From: an uncultured Planctomycetia bacterium | GTDB lineage: Bacteria > Omnitrophota > Gorgyraeia > CAYWPX01 | DNA: 64,000 nt | Reading direction: 5' to 3' | Assembly: GCA_964460615.1 (NCBI GenBank) | Contig: CAYWPX010000005.1 | Location: 9,524-73,523, forward strand | Shown here: in pieces, positions 47,122 to 56,653 of the stretch | Layout of the letters: each line of letters begins with the position of its first letter | How positions within the stretch are numbered: position 1 is the first letter of the stretch | Made by a program: the position numbers and the translations under genes | Notes under the pieces: generated by a model | Told to the model about the DNA's origin: nothing | Database searches by the model: none | What the model saw: the letters and a program-made list of their open reading frames with translations, nothing else

Positions 47122-47853
47122 ATGAACTTAAATGTCAGGGAAATAGGAAGAATAAGTATTATTGATATTGAAGGCCAGATAGATATCAACTCTTCTGAAT
47201 TAGTTGAAACTGTAGGCTGGTTAGTTAAAAATGATAAGGTCAGCATTATATGTAACCTTGAAAAAGTTGAATTAGTTGATTACAGCGGGTTATCGATTTT
47301 TGCAATAATTTTCAAGAATGTATCAAACCATGGCGGGCACTTAAAATTCTGCAATGTTCCTCTCCATATTTTAGAGCTTTTTAGGGTGGTCCAATTAGAC
47401 TCGATATTTACCTTTTATAACAGCGAAGATGCTGCTATCAAAAGCTTTATAATACCCTCAGAAATTGATAAAGCCACCCTTAGAAGGCGTTTCCAAAGGG
47501 CTTATGTTCAGATAAATGTAAAATACAGGATAATAAGCAATAACTCCGAAACCAGCTATTCCCACCCGGGCAAGATACTTAATATAGGCGGCGAAGGAAT
47601 GTATATTTATACCCAGGAAATTTTTCCTATAGGAACCAGACTTGAACTCGAAGTGGATTTAGGCCCTCACAATAAACCTGCTATTATAAATGGTTTTGTT
47701 GTTTGGATCGCCGATAAAGAGATCCAACCGCACTCCTATCCAGGGATGGGGGTCCAATTTGCTAAATTAAACGACAATATACAAAAAAATATTATTGATT
47801 TCATAAACAAACATGTTACCCATAGAAGCGGACTTTACGACAATTTGTTATAA
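47122..47853 (+). CDS. STAS (anti-sigma-factor antagonist-like) domain fused to a C-terminal PilZ domain
   Basis: N-terminal SpoIIAA-like STAS pattern (ISIIDIEGQIDINSS...VELVDYSGLSIFAIIFKN...LKFCNVPLHILELFRVVQLDSIF). C-terminal RRRFQRAYVQIN and NIGGEGMYI PilZ motifs. Confidence 0.55.
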   Translation: MNLNVREIGRISIIDIEGQIDINSSELVETVGWLVKNDKVSIICNLEKVELVDYSGLSIFAIIFKNVSNHGGHLKFCNVPLHILELFRVVQLDSIFTFYNSEDAAIKSFIIPSEIDKATLRRRFQRAYVQINVKYRIISNNSETSYSHPGKILNIGGEGMYIYTQEIFPIGTRLELEVDLGPHNKPAIINGFVVWIADKEIQPHSYPGMGVQFAKLNDNIQKNIIDFINKHVTHRSGLYDNLL

Positions 47854-47985
47854 TGAATTATTTTTAATAAATCATTTGAATCTTTACATAAACATGTTAA
47901 AATAGTCCAAAGCTCATATTTATTTGGTAAAAATTGTAAAATTATGCTATACTTTAGTCAGATGTAATACACTTTAGGGAAAAGT

Positions 47986-48759
47986 ATGGATGTAGTTCTA
48001 GAAAAAACCAACAAAAAAAATCAAACTACTTTGAAAAACCAAAAAAAAGATAGGACCCACTATCATTTAGAGCAAGATTCTATAAAAGCTAAACTAGCCG
48101 ATACATATATATTTAACTCACCCAAGAAAAAAGAGACCATCCCTTTAACTTCCAAGAAAAATATTCAAAAAAAATACAACTTTTCAATGATTATTGGTGG
48201 CATTTTACTGCTTTGTGCAGTTATCCTTATCTCTAAGAATTTATTTTTTAATACCGACCCTAATAACAATCTTTCTTTATCCAATAAAAATGCTTTATTC
48301 AGTAATGGTTTGGCTAGTAAGGATAGCATAATACTCACAAATCTTAATTTCTATGGAAATTTAAGCGAAAATTCTAAACTGACTCAAGAATATATCTATT
48401 TATCAAAGTCAAGGGGAACAAAAAAGGCTGGGGTTGAAATTAAAATTAATACCCCTATAAACACTGAGAAGGGCTCTTTAATCTTATTAGCCAAAGGAGA
48501 GATAGGGGATGAAAATCTTTCAATTGTTTTGATTGACGGTGAAGAAAGTGGAGACAACACGATCAAACAGATCAGGATTTCCCCGCATTTCGGAAGTCTC
48601 ACTTCTAACTGGCAAAAGGTACTCGTTCCGTTTGAACAGATTAAAGAAAAAAATACTTTAAAAAAGATTTCGTCTATAGCATTTGAGGTCTCGGATTCAA
48701 AAAAAACTGATTCTAAGGCATCGTGCTATTTGAAGGATATTGTGCTCTTAAACGAATAG
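47986..48759 (+). CDS. Membrane-anchored protein with a C-terminal beta-sandwich (CBM-like) domain
   Basis: TM at ~60-80. C-terminal beta-rich ~130 aa with a pattern similar to the C-terminus of the 813-aa secreted protein. Confidence 0.35.
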   Translation: MDVVLEKTNKKNQTTLKNQKKDRTHYHLEQDSIKAKLADTYIFNSPKKKETIPLTSKKNIQKKYNFSMIIGGILLLCAVILISKNLFFNTDPNNNLSLSNKNALFSNGLASKDSIILTNLNFYGNLSENSKLTQEYIYLSKSRGTKKAGVEIKINTPINTEKGSLILLAKGEIGDENLSIVLIDGEESGDNTIKQIRISPHFGSLTSNWQKVLVPFEQIKEKNTLKKISSIAFEVSDSKKTDSKASCYLKDIVLLNE

Positions 48760-48780
48760 TAACATAAAAAGGAGGAAAGC

Positions 48781-49866
48781 ATGATAGTAATTTCCCTATC
48801 AAACCAAAAAGGTGGTTGTGGGAAAACGACGTCGAGCATTAATTTGGCCGCTTCTTTAGCGTATAATAATTACAAAGTCCTTTTAATTGATCTGGATCCT
48901 CAGGCTCATGCATCTATGGGTGTCGGCATCAAAACTGACAGAATTGAAAAATCTATGTATAACGTGCTAACTAGCTCTACCGATAAAAAGAAGGATCTAA
49001 ATGACGTTATACTGCATTTATGGGAAAATTTCGACCTAGCTAGCGGTCATATATTGCTAAGCACTGTGGAGCAGGAATTAAGCGACACAGAAAATGCCAT
49101 ATCCTTAGTTTACGAGGCTCTTAACAAACTAACCACTCCTTACGATTATGTAGTTATAGACTGCCCTCCAAGCTTAGGTTTTTTGACTTTCAACGCTTTA
49201 CGTGCCTCTCATGAAGTAATTATACCTGTTGAAACCAGCTCATATTCTCTTTCAGGCGTAGGTAAATTGATCAACATGGTTGAACTCATACAGCTAAAAC
49301 TCCATAGATCCCCTAAGATCAAAGGGCTTGTGACCATATTCGACAAAAGAACTAATTTTTCGAATAGAATGTTAGGTGAGATAAGAGACTATTTTAAGGA
49401 TAATATCTATTCTTCAATAATACGGGTAAATGTTGCCTTAAAAGAAGCTTCATCTAAAGGCATACCTTGTATCAAGTTTGATAAATATTCAAATGGCTCT
49501 AAAGATTATATGGCTCTGGCAGATGAAGTCATAGCGGATACCAAAAGACTCCAGCTTGAAAATTTTTATTTAAGAGCTGAATCATTATTGGAGAATATAA
49601 AGGATACTCTTCGCATAAAGAACTTTAATCTATATTCACCTAATGCGGTCGAGGTATTTATTGTGGGTGACTTTAATAATTGGACTATAAATGATGAATC
49701 CAGGCTGGAATACAATAAAGGCGGGTTCTGGGAAAAGAGAGTAGCCGTCCAGCCGGGAAAATACAGGTATAAATTCGTTGTTGATGGAAAATGGATACAT
49801 GACCCCAATAACTCAGAGACTGAGATTAATCAATACGGCGGCTTAGATTCCATCTTAACAATGTAA
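48781..49866 (+). CDS. ParA/MinD-family ATPase fused to a C-terminal CBM48/AMPK-beta glycogen-binding domain
   Basis: Deviant Walker A ISLSNQKGGCGKTTSSINLAASLA and ParA fold to ~aa 270. C-terminal VEVFIVGDFNNWTINDESRLEYNKGGFWEKRVAVQPGKYRYKFVVDGKWIHDPNN matches the AMPK1_CBM/CBM48 signature. Confidence 0.6.
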   Translation: MIVISLSNQKGGCGKTTSSINLAASLAYNNYKVLLIDLDPQAHASMGVGIKTDRIEKSMYNVLTSSTDKKKDLNDVILHLWENFDLASGHILLSTVEQELSDTENAISLVYEALNKLTTPYDYVVIDCPPSLGFLTFNALRASHEVIIPVETSSYSLSGVGKLINMVELIQLKLHRSPKIKGLVTIFDKRTNFSNRMLGEIRDYFKDNIYSSIIRVNVALKEASSKGIPCIKFDKYSNGSKDYMALADEVIADTKRLQLENFYLRAESLLENIKDTLRIKNFNLYSPNAVEVFIVGDFNNWTINDESRLEYNKGGFWEKRVAVQPGKYRYKFVVDGKWIHDPNNSETEINQYGGLDSILTM

Positions 49867-50147
49867 ATATAAGTATTTTAATTATATTTTATCCGCAAAA
49901 AAACCTCTAGAAGCTTAAATAAAAAGCCTTTCGGAAGTTCTTGTATTTTTTCTACTTTTTATAGCTAATTTCATCAAATAAATATATACTTTATATATAT
50001 GATAATGGTATAATATTCCAAATTGATTGTCGATATACGATAATAAATCACTAAAGAGCTTATTACAGGAGCCCTGAGATTAGACCCACAGCTCATATAG
50101 CCGCATCGGCAATTTCATCTAGTCTATTTTATTTTGTTACCCAATCC

Positions 50148-50582
50148 TTGGAATATAGCATCTATTGTTTTCTTATTGGGTTCCTGATCGATTTAGATCA
50201 TATTATTGATTTAGTGTTTAATTATGGATTTAATTTTAAAATCAATGAGGCTTATAAAATTCTAGCCGAGTGCAGATTGGCTAAAATATATCTTTTTTGC
50301 CATTCTTTTGAATTATTGATCATTACATTTATAATATCGCTAAACGGATCTTTATTTTGGAGTGCTATTGTTTTTGGCATAGGACAACACTTACTCTTTG
50401 ATACTATATTCAACCCAATGGGAAGGTATTCCTATTTTATTACATATAGGATCCTAAATAAATTTAATAAAGACAAGCTTATTGATAGCAAGAAAAGTTG
50501 CTATCTCAAAAATAAATTTAACAAGATGTTAGCAAGTAAATCACCTTTAAAAAGATACATTGCAATATTAATTTATGATTGA
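50148..50582 (+). CDS. Hypothetical membrane protein
   Basis: ORF with three predicted TM helices whose 3' end overlaps the porC start. Weak call. Confidence 0.25.
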   Translation: MEYSIYCFLIGFLIDLDHIIDLVFNYGFNFKINEAYKILAECRLAKIYLFCHSFELLIITFIISLNGSLFWSAIVFGIGQHLLFDTIFNPMGRYSYFITYRILNKFNKDKLIDSKKSCYLKNKFNKMLASKSPLKRYIAILIYD

Positions 50583-51123
50583 GATCAGATTTCATGGAAG
50601 AGGGGGGCAGGGAGTAGTAGTTGCCTCCAATCTATTAGGTGAAGCCGCCTTCAGAGAAGGTAAATTCATTCAATCCTTTCCTTTCTTTGGTGTCGAAAGA
50701 AGGGGTGCGCCTATCATGTCGTTTTTGAGAATTGCCGATAATAAAATTTATACCAGAACCCAGATTTACAACCCTGATTTTGTTATTGTTCTGGACCCGA
50801 CTCTTTTAAAATTCGTCGATGTTTTAAGCGGCATAAAAAGCAATGGTATCATTCTCATCAACACGCATAAAAAACCTTCAGAATTTGATCTTAAAAAAAA
50901 TATCAAAGTATGCACGATTGCAGCTAATAATATCGCGGAAGAATTTGATCTGGGATCAAAAACGTCTCCTATAATAAATACAATTATGCTGGGGGCTTTT
51001 GTTAAAGCAACAAATATAGTAAAACTGGACAGCCTTCTTGGCTCAATAAACGATCTTATTAAAATAAAAACACAAAATAATGTAGACGCGGCAGGAAAAG
51101 CATATGAAAAAGTTATCCTTTAA
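50575..51123 (+). CDS. porC: Pyruvate/2-oxoacid:ferredoxin oxidoreductase gamma subunit
   Basis: GRGGQGVV motif, ~180 aa, first of a gamma-delta-alpha-beta run. Confidence 0.8.
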   Translation: MIEIRFHGRGGQGVVVASNLLGEAAFREGKFIQSFPFFGVERRGAPIMSFLRIADNKIYTRTQIYNPDFVIVLDPTLLKFVDVLSGIKSNGIILINTHKKPSEFDLKKNIKVCTIAANNIAEEFDLGSKTSPIINTIMLGAFVKATNIVKLDSLLGSINDLIKIKTQNNVDAAGKAYEKVIL

Positions 51124-51385
51124 AAAAGCAAAAAATTTACCGGAAATGGTAGTATCTTTCTATAGCTCAAAGACCAATAAGACAGGTTCATGGAGAACTC
51201 TAAAACCTGTTTTGAACAAAAAAAAGTGTATATCCTGCTTAATTTGCTGGAAATTTTGCCCGGATGCTGCTATTCTATTAAGAAAAGGCAAACCTGTTAT
51301 TGATTATAAATTCTGCAAAGGCTGTGGAATTTGTGTTGAGGAATGCCCAACCAAGGCAATATTTTGGGAAGAAGAGGAAAAATGA
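51104..51385 (+). CDS. porD: POR delta subunit (2x[4Fe-4S] ferredoxin)
   Basis: Two CxxCxxCxxxCP motifs ([24 protein letters not shown]). Confidence 0.8.
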   Translation: MKKLSFKKAKNLPEMVVSFYSSKTNKTGSWRTLKPVLNKKKCISCLICWKFCPDAAILLRKGKPVIDYKFCKGCGICVEECPTKAIFWEEEEK

Positions 51386-52530
51386 AGAAGCTTTTAACTG
51401 GAAATTATGCTGCTGCTTACTCAGCCATGCTTTCAAAGGTTGAGGTTATTGCTGCATATCCTATTACGCCTCAGACTGAAATTGCTGAAAAACTATCTGA
51501 GATGGTTTCTGACGGGTTATTAAGGGCTAAATATATAAATGTTGAATCTGAGCACTCAGCAATGGCTGCCTGTATAGGCGCTTCATCTACCGGGGCAAGA
51601 GCCTTCACAGCAACATCTTCTCAAGGGTTAGCACTAATGCATGAATTGCTGCATTGGGCTTCAGGTGCAAGGCTTCCTATCGTGATGGCAAATGTTAATA
51701 GGTCCTTAGGCCCTCCCTGGAATGTTTGGTGCGATCAAACTGATTCATTGGCACAAAGGGACACCGGTTGGATGCAATTTTATTGTCAGGACAATCAGGA
51801 AGTAATGGATACTATTATTCAGGCTTATAAAATCAGCGAGGCCTTACTATTACCTTCAATGATAGTCATGGATGCTTTTATATTATCTCATACGAGCGAA
51901 GTGGTTGATATCCCTTCGGAACACGATGTTAACAGATTTCTACCGTCATTCAACCCAAAATTTAAAATGGATGTTAATCAGCCTCATACTTTCGGAAGCC
52001 TCACAGGTCCGGACCTCTATTTTGAATTTAGATATAAAATACAAAGATCGATGGAAGAAGCACTTAGTAAAATCAACTCTGTGGGCAAGGAATTCGGTAA
52101 AGTTTTCGGAAGGGAATATGGCCTTATCGAAAAATACATGTCCAACGATGCTGAAATTATTTTAGTTACATCGGGCTCTTTATCGCTAACTGCTAGAGAA
52201 CTAATAGATAAGCTTAGAAAGCACAATCTAAAGATCGGATTAGTAAGAGTAAGGGCTTTCAGGCCATTTCCTAACGACGAAATATACGAAGCCATAAAAA
52301 ATGCTAAGGTAGTCGGTGTGATAGACAGGAACATTTCATTAGGCAATGAAGGTATATTCTTTAATGAAATCAAAGCCGGGTGCTGCAATAAAACTGATAA
52401 GCCCAAGATCTTTGGATTTATTGCCGGACTTGGCGGCAGAGATATTAAAGTTTCGGATTTGGAAAAAATTGTGAAAATCCTCCAAAATAAACCTTCTCAA
52501 TATATTAATTGGATAGGACTAAAAAAGTGA
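51382..52530 (+). CDS. porA: POR alpha subunit
   Basis: Start moved to MKKLLTG (GAGGAAAA RBS, 4-nt overlap with porD). PorA-like pattern throughout. Confidence 0.8.
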   Translation: MKKLLTGNYAAAYSAMLSKVEVIAAYPITPQTEIAEKLSEMVSDGLLRAKYINVESEHSAMAACIGASSTGARAFTATSSQGLALMHELLHWASGARLPIVMANVNRSLGPPWNVWCDQTDSLAQRDTGWMQFYCQDNQEVMDTIIQAYKISEALLLPSMIVMDAFILSHTSEVVDIPSEHDVNRFLPSFNPKFKMDVNQPHTFGSLTGPDLYFEFRYKIQRSMEEALSKINSVGKEFGKVFGREYGLIEKYMSNDAEIILVTSGSLSLTARELIDKLRKHNLKIGLVRVRAFRPFPNDEIYEAIKNAKVVGVIDRNISLGNEGIFFNEIKAGCCNKTDKPKIFGFIAGLGGRDIKVSDLEKIVKILQNKPSQYINWIGLKK

Positions 52531-53420
52531 AAAAAATAAAACCTACTATTCCAACCGAAGAGATCATGTGCCCCGGACATTTAGCTTGCCAGGGGTGCGG
52601 GGGAACCCTCGCCATGAGGCTTGCTTTGAAAGCTCTCGGGAGAGACACCATGTTAGTGATTCCGGCATGCTGCTGGTCCGTGGTGGATGGGGCTTTTCCT
52701 AATTCTTCAGTCGGAGTACCCCTTTTCCACACCGCTTTCGAAACAGCTGCTTCCGTAGCCACTGGAGTAAGAGCTGCCTTAGAAATTAAAAATAAGAAAA
52801 AAACTTCTGTTTTGGCATGGGCAGGGGACGGGGGGACTTTTGATATAGGACTTCAAGCGCTTTCCGGAGCTGCCGAGAGAAATGAAGATTTTATCTACGT
52901 TTGCTATGACAATGAAGCTTATATGAATACAGGGGTCCAGAGAAGCTCATCAACCCCTTACGGATCATGGACATCAACAACACCGGTCAAGATTTTTAAA
53001 TCATCCCATAAAAAAAATATCATAGAAATAATGAATGCTCACAAAATTCCTTACATAGCAACTGCCAGCATATTCAACCCTGAAGATCTTGTAGCTAAAC
53101 TGATTAAAGCCAAAGATATTGTTGGAACTAAATATATACATATTTTAGCTCCTTGTCCGGTTGGATGGAAATTCCCTTCTTCAAAAACAATTGGAATGGC
53201 AAAACTTGCATTTGAAACATGCATATTTCCTCTCTATGAAATTGAAAACGGTAAATATACGGTCAAGAAACCTTCTGTAAAAAAACCTGTTAAGGAATAT
53301 CTTAAAATTCAAGGCAGATTTGCCCATGTAGACGAAAAATTGATAAGATCGATACAGGAAAATACCGATAAAGACTGGGAAATCCTCTTAAATAAAGAAA
53401 TAGCTTCTAAAAATTGCTAA
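52509..53420 (+). CDS. porB: POR beta subunit (TPP-binding)
   Basis: Cys cluster CPGHLACQGCGG and TPP motif GDGGTFDIG. Confidence 0.8.
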   Translation: MDRTKKVKKIKPTIPTEEIMCPGHLACQGCGGTLAMRLALKALGRDTMLVIPACCWSVVDGAFPNSSVGVPLFHTAFETAASVATGVRAALEIKNKKKTSVLAWAGDGGTFDIGLQALSGAAERNEDFIYVCYDNEAYMNTGVQRSSSTPYGSWTSTTPVKIFKSSHKKNIIEIMNAHKIPYIATASIFNPEDLVAKLIKAKDIVGTKYIHILAPCPVGWKFPSSKTIGMAKLAFETCIFPLYEIENGKYTVKKPSVKKPVKEYLKIQGRFAHVDEKLIRSIQENTDKDWEILLNKEIASKNC

Positions 53421-53432
53421 CAGAGGCATTTA

Positions 53433-53651
53433 ATGAGATTATTTTTGCTTTTTTTGATCATATTAACGGTATTTTTTAGGGTGGTCCTGGATAGCGAAAC
53501 ATTCAGAATAGTTTCAATCCCCAAAGAAGAGGGGCTATATACAGTTTCTCGTTTTGAATGGAATTGGGGCAATTTTTCAAAATACCTAGACGTAAAATAT
53601 GAAGAAATCGGCAAATCCATATATCTTAAATTCCATTCAATTATCAAATAA
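53433..53651 (+). CDS. Small secreted hypothetical protein (72 aa)
   Basis: Signal peptide. No motif recognised. Confidence 0.3.
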   Translation: MRLFLLFLIILTVFFRVVLDSETFRIVSIPKEEGLYTVSRFEWNWGNFSKYLDVKYEEIGKSIYLKFHSIIK

Positions 53652-53654
53652 AAT

Positions 53655-54254
53655 ATGAAAAAATCCGAGATTACGTTAAAAATCGTAGGAATATTAGGAA
53701 GCCCTAGAAAAAACGGCAACTCAGAAGCATTGCTTGATGCCGCACTTAAAGCATTCGATAAAAATAATGTCCGGATAGAAAGAATCGTCCTTAACAATCT
53801 TGACTTTAGACCCTGTATTGAATGCGGAGGATGTGATAAAACCGGAATATGCGTATTAAAGGACGACCTTGTGAATGTATACAAAAAGGTTAAGGAAAGC
53901 GATATCCTTATCATTGCTTCACCGATTTTTTTTGGGAACATCTCTGCTCTTACAAAAATGCTTATCGACAGATTCCAATGTATTTGGGTAGAAAAATACA
54001 TTTTAAAAAAATATGACAAACCTGCGCCAAAAAGATTGGGCGCTTTTATTGCCGTAAGCGGATCTAATAATATCAAATTTTTTAAAAATGCTGAAAGTAT
54101 AATTAAAATATTCTTTGCTGTCACGAACACTATTTATGCTGATAGTCTATTTATCGGTGGTTGCGACAAGAAGGGCGATATTAACAAAAATAATCCGGCA
54201 AGAAAAAAAGCCTACAAACTAGGCTTATCACTATTAAATAAAATAACTCTTTAG
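53655..54254 (+). CDS. Iron-sulfur flavoprotein (NADPH-dependent FMN reductase fold)
   Basis: Flavodoxin-like N-terminus (VGILGSPRKNGNSE) with the compact Isf Cys motif CIECGGCDKTGIC. Confidence 0.65.
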   Translation: MKKSEITLKIVGILGSPRKNGNSEALLDAALKAFDKNNVRIERIVLNNLDFRPCIECGGCDKTGICVLKDDLVNVYKKVKESDILIIASPIFFGNISALTKMLIDRFQCIWVEKYILKKYDKPAPKRLGAFIAVSGSNNIKFFKNAESIIKIFFAVTNTIYADSLFIGGCDKKGDINKNNPARKKAYKLGLSLLNKITL

Positions 54255-54288
54255 TTTTTTTTAACACTTAACTTATAATAAATATTAA

Positions 54289-55092
54289 ATGACTAACGAT
54301 ACGTTTAAAAATATATGCATTAAAGCTGCCTTAGAGTCAGGAAAATACATCAAAGAAAACCTCGGTAAAATCAAAACCTTGTCCTATAAGAGCAAGTCAA
54401 ATCTCGTTACAAATATTGATAAATCTTCTGAAAAACTTATAGTTAAAATTATCAGACGCTCTTTTCCCGATCATGACATCATAGCGGAAGAAGGTGCTCA
54501 GGTAAAAAGAAAGAGTGAATACCGATGGGTGATCGACCCTTTGGACGGTACAACCAATTTTGTGCACGGGTTCCCTTTTTTTTCTGTCTCGATAGCGCTG
54601 GAAAATTTTAAGACCAAAGAAATCGTCGTTGGTTCTGTATTTGACCCGATAAAAAATGAGCTCTTCTATGCGCAAAAGGGGCATGGCTCTTTTCTGAACA
54701 AAAAAAGGATTTGTGTCTCAACTAACTCCAAGCTAAAGGACAGCCTTTTAGCAACTGGGTTCGCCTACAACCCTACCGACCCCGATAGCGATAACCTTAA
54801 ATACTTTACAAAATTCATATTCTCTTCGCAAGCAATAAGACGCGCTGGTTCCGCCGCCTTAGATCTGTCATATGTTGCATGCGGTAGATTTGATGGATAT
54901 TGGGAGCTTGGACTAAAACCATGGGATACCGCGGCGGGAATACTAATAGTTAAGGAAGCAGGCGGGCGGGTAACAACTATTAATGGCAGCTCTTTCGACC
55001 CCTATAAAAAAGAAATTGTTGCGTCAAATAGCCTTATACATAACAAAATGTTGGAAACTTTCAAAAAACCTATGAGTAGTTTTTATATATAA
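54289..55092 (+). CDS. suhB: Inositol monophosphatase family protein
   Basis: WVIDPLDGTTNF and WDTAAG motifs. Confidence 0.8.
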   Translation: MTNDTFKNICIKAALESGKYIKENLGKIKTLSYKSKSNLVTNIDKSSEKLIVKIIRRSFPDHDIIAEEGAQVKRKSEYRWVIDPLDGTTNFVHGFPFFSVSIALENFKTKEIVVGSVFDPIKNELFYAQKGHGSFLNKKRICVSTNSKLKDSLLATGFAYNPTDPDSDNLKYFTKFIFSSQAIRRAGSAALDLSYVACGRFDGYWELGLKPWDTAAGILIVKEAGGRVTTINGSSFDPYKKEIVASNSLIHNKMLETFKKPMSSFYI

Positions 55093-55102
55093 GGGAGGTG
55101 CT

Positions 55103-55561
55103 ATGAAAAATAAAATTCTCGATTTTATTCAAAGCCCTGTTGCCATAGTAACAACCAAATACAAAGAAGAAGTAAATGGAATGACTTCAGCATGGATCGC
55201 GCAAGTCTCTTATAGCCCAACATTAATAATTGTGAGCATTGCTCACGAAAGATATACTCATCAACTTATTCAATTAAGCAAGGTATTCGCTCTAAATTTT
55301 ATTACCTCTGATCAGATTAAATTAGCGAAGTTTTTTGGAACCAAATCAGGGAAAAACACCAACAAATTTGAAGGAATTAAATATTCAAGCTTAATAACCG
55401 GGTCACCAATCCTTCCGGAAGTATATGCCTATGCTGACTGCAAAGTCTTATCCGGGTCTAGAATGGGCGATCATACTGTCTTTTCAGGAGAAGTCTTGGA
55501 CTATAAAGTCTTTGAAGACAAAAAACCTCTAATATTCAGAAGCAGGGATTTCTTTAAGTAA
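55103..55561 (+). CDS. Flavin reductase-like FMN-binding split-barrel protein
   Basis: ~150 aa with a flavin-reductase-domain pattern (VAIVTT...GMTSAWIAQVSYSPTLIIVSI). Confidence 0.5.
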   Translation: MKNKILDFIQSPVAIVTTKYKEEVNGMTSAWIAQVSYSPTLIIVSIAHERYTHQLIQLSKVFALNFITSDQIKLAKFFGTKSGKNTNKFEGIKYSSLITGSPILPEVYAYADCKVLSGSRMGDHTVFSGEVLDYKVFEDKKPLIFRSRDFFK

Positions 55562-55597
55562 GAATTATTTAAAATTTGCATAACCATTCTATATTAT

Positions 55598-56653
55598 ATG
55601 AATAAAATCCCAATCACCAATCTCTCCAAAGAAGAGCTGGCAAAAAAACTTCAAATTCACGATATCGAAAGCTATCGGGCTAATCAGATTTTTAGATGGA
55701 TTTTTAATAAGAATATCCATGATTTTGAAAAAATGACCGATATCCCCAGAAATAAGCTAGAAATATTAAAAGAGAATTTTCTTGTATTAACCTCTAAGCT
55801 TATGGACAAGAAAATTTCAAAAGATGGCACAGTAAAGTTTCTTATCAAACTTGCTGATGATTATTACATCGAAACCGTATTATTAAAAGATCGTACAAGA
55901 AATACTATTTGCGTTTCTACACAAGTCGGATGCGCCCTAAAATGCAGATTCTGCCTGAGCGGAAAATTTGAATTCAAGAGAAATCTAACAACTTCTGAGA
56001 TCATAGATCAGCTTCTTATAGCCGCTGATCATATTTCAACTAATGGAAGAATAGATAATATAGTATTTATGGGGATGGGGGAACCCCTCCTAAATATTGA
56101 TAATGTACTGCGAGCAATAGAGATTATAACTTCATCAAATTCATTTAATATTGGTGCGAGAAAAATAACGGTCTCAACTTCAGGGATAATCCCGGGTATC
56201 GATAAATTATCCTCTTACGATAAGCAGATAAGGTTAAGCATATCCTTACATTCTCCATTCCAAAAAGTCAGAGAAAAATTGATGCCTATCGGGTTAAAAT
56301 ATAACCTGAACGATTTAATAAAATCCATCAAAAACTATTCACAAAAAACTAAAAGAGAAATAACGTTTGAATATATCCTTATTGATCATATAAACAATTC
56401 CGATAAGGATATCCATGAACTTTCAAAAATTTTGAAGGGTATCAGATGCACGCTTAATATCATTCCCTATAATAATACAAACATGAGGGAATATTTATCG
56501 CCAAACAATGAAGAGATAAGATCATTTTTTAACAAGCTTGAAGCTAATGGGATAAAAGCAATTTTACGGAAAAGAAGAGGTTCTGATATAGATGCTGCTT
56601 GCGGCCAGCTCAGCCTCAAAACCATTTTTAAGGAACCCGAATATAATGATTAA
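55598..56653 (+). CDS. rlmN: 23S rRNA/tRNA adenine C2-methyltransferase RlmN (radical SAM)
   Basis: CALKCRFC cluster. N-terminal RlmN-specific region (YRANQIFRWIF). MGMGEPLLN. Confidence 0.85.
   Translation: MNKIPITNLSKEELAKKLQIHDIESYRANQIFRWIFNKNIHDFEKMTDIPRNKLEILKENFLVLTSKLMDKKISKDGTVKFLIKLADDYYIETVLLKDRTRNTICVSTQVGCALKCRFCLSGKFEFKRNLTTSEIIDQLLIAADHISTNGRIDNIVFMGMGEPLLNIDNVLRAIEIITSSNSFNIGARKITVSTSGIIPGIDKLSSYDKQIRLSISLHSPFQKVREKLMPIGLKYNLNDLIKSIKNYSQKTKREITFEYILIDHINNSDKDIHELSKILKGIRCTLNIIPYNNTNMREYLSPNNEEIRSFFNKLEANGIKAILRKRRGSDIDAACGQLSLKTIFKEPEYND

Noticed and set aside
51872-52406. Track ORFs 51872-52165 (+) and 52017-52406 (-) within porA
   Set aside because: Alternative-frame and antisense ORFs inside the POR alpha subunit gene. 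No support.
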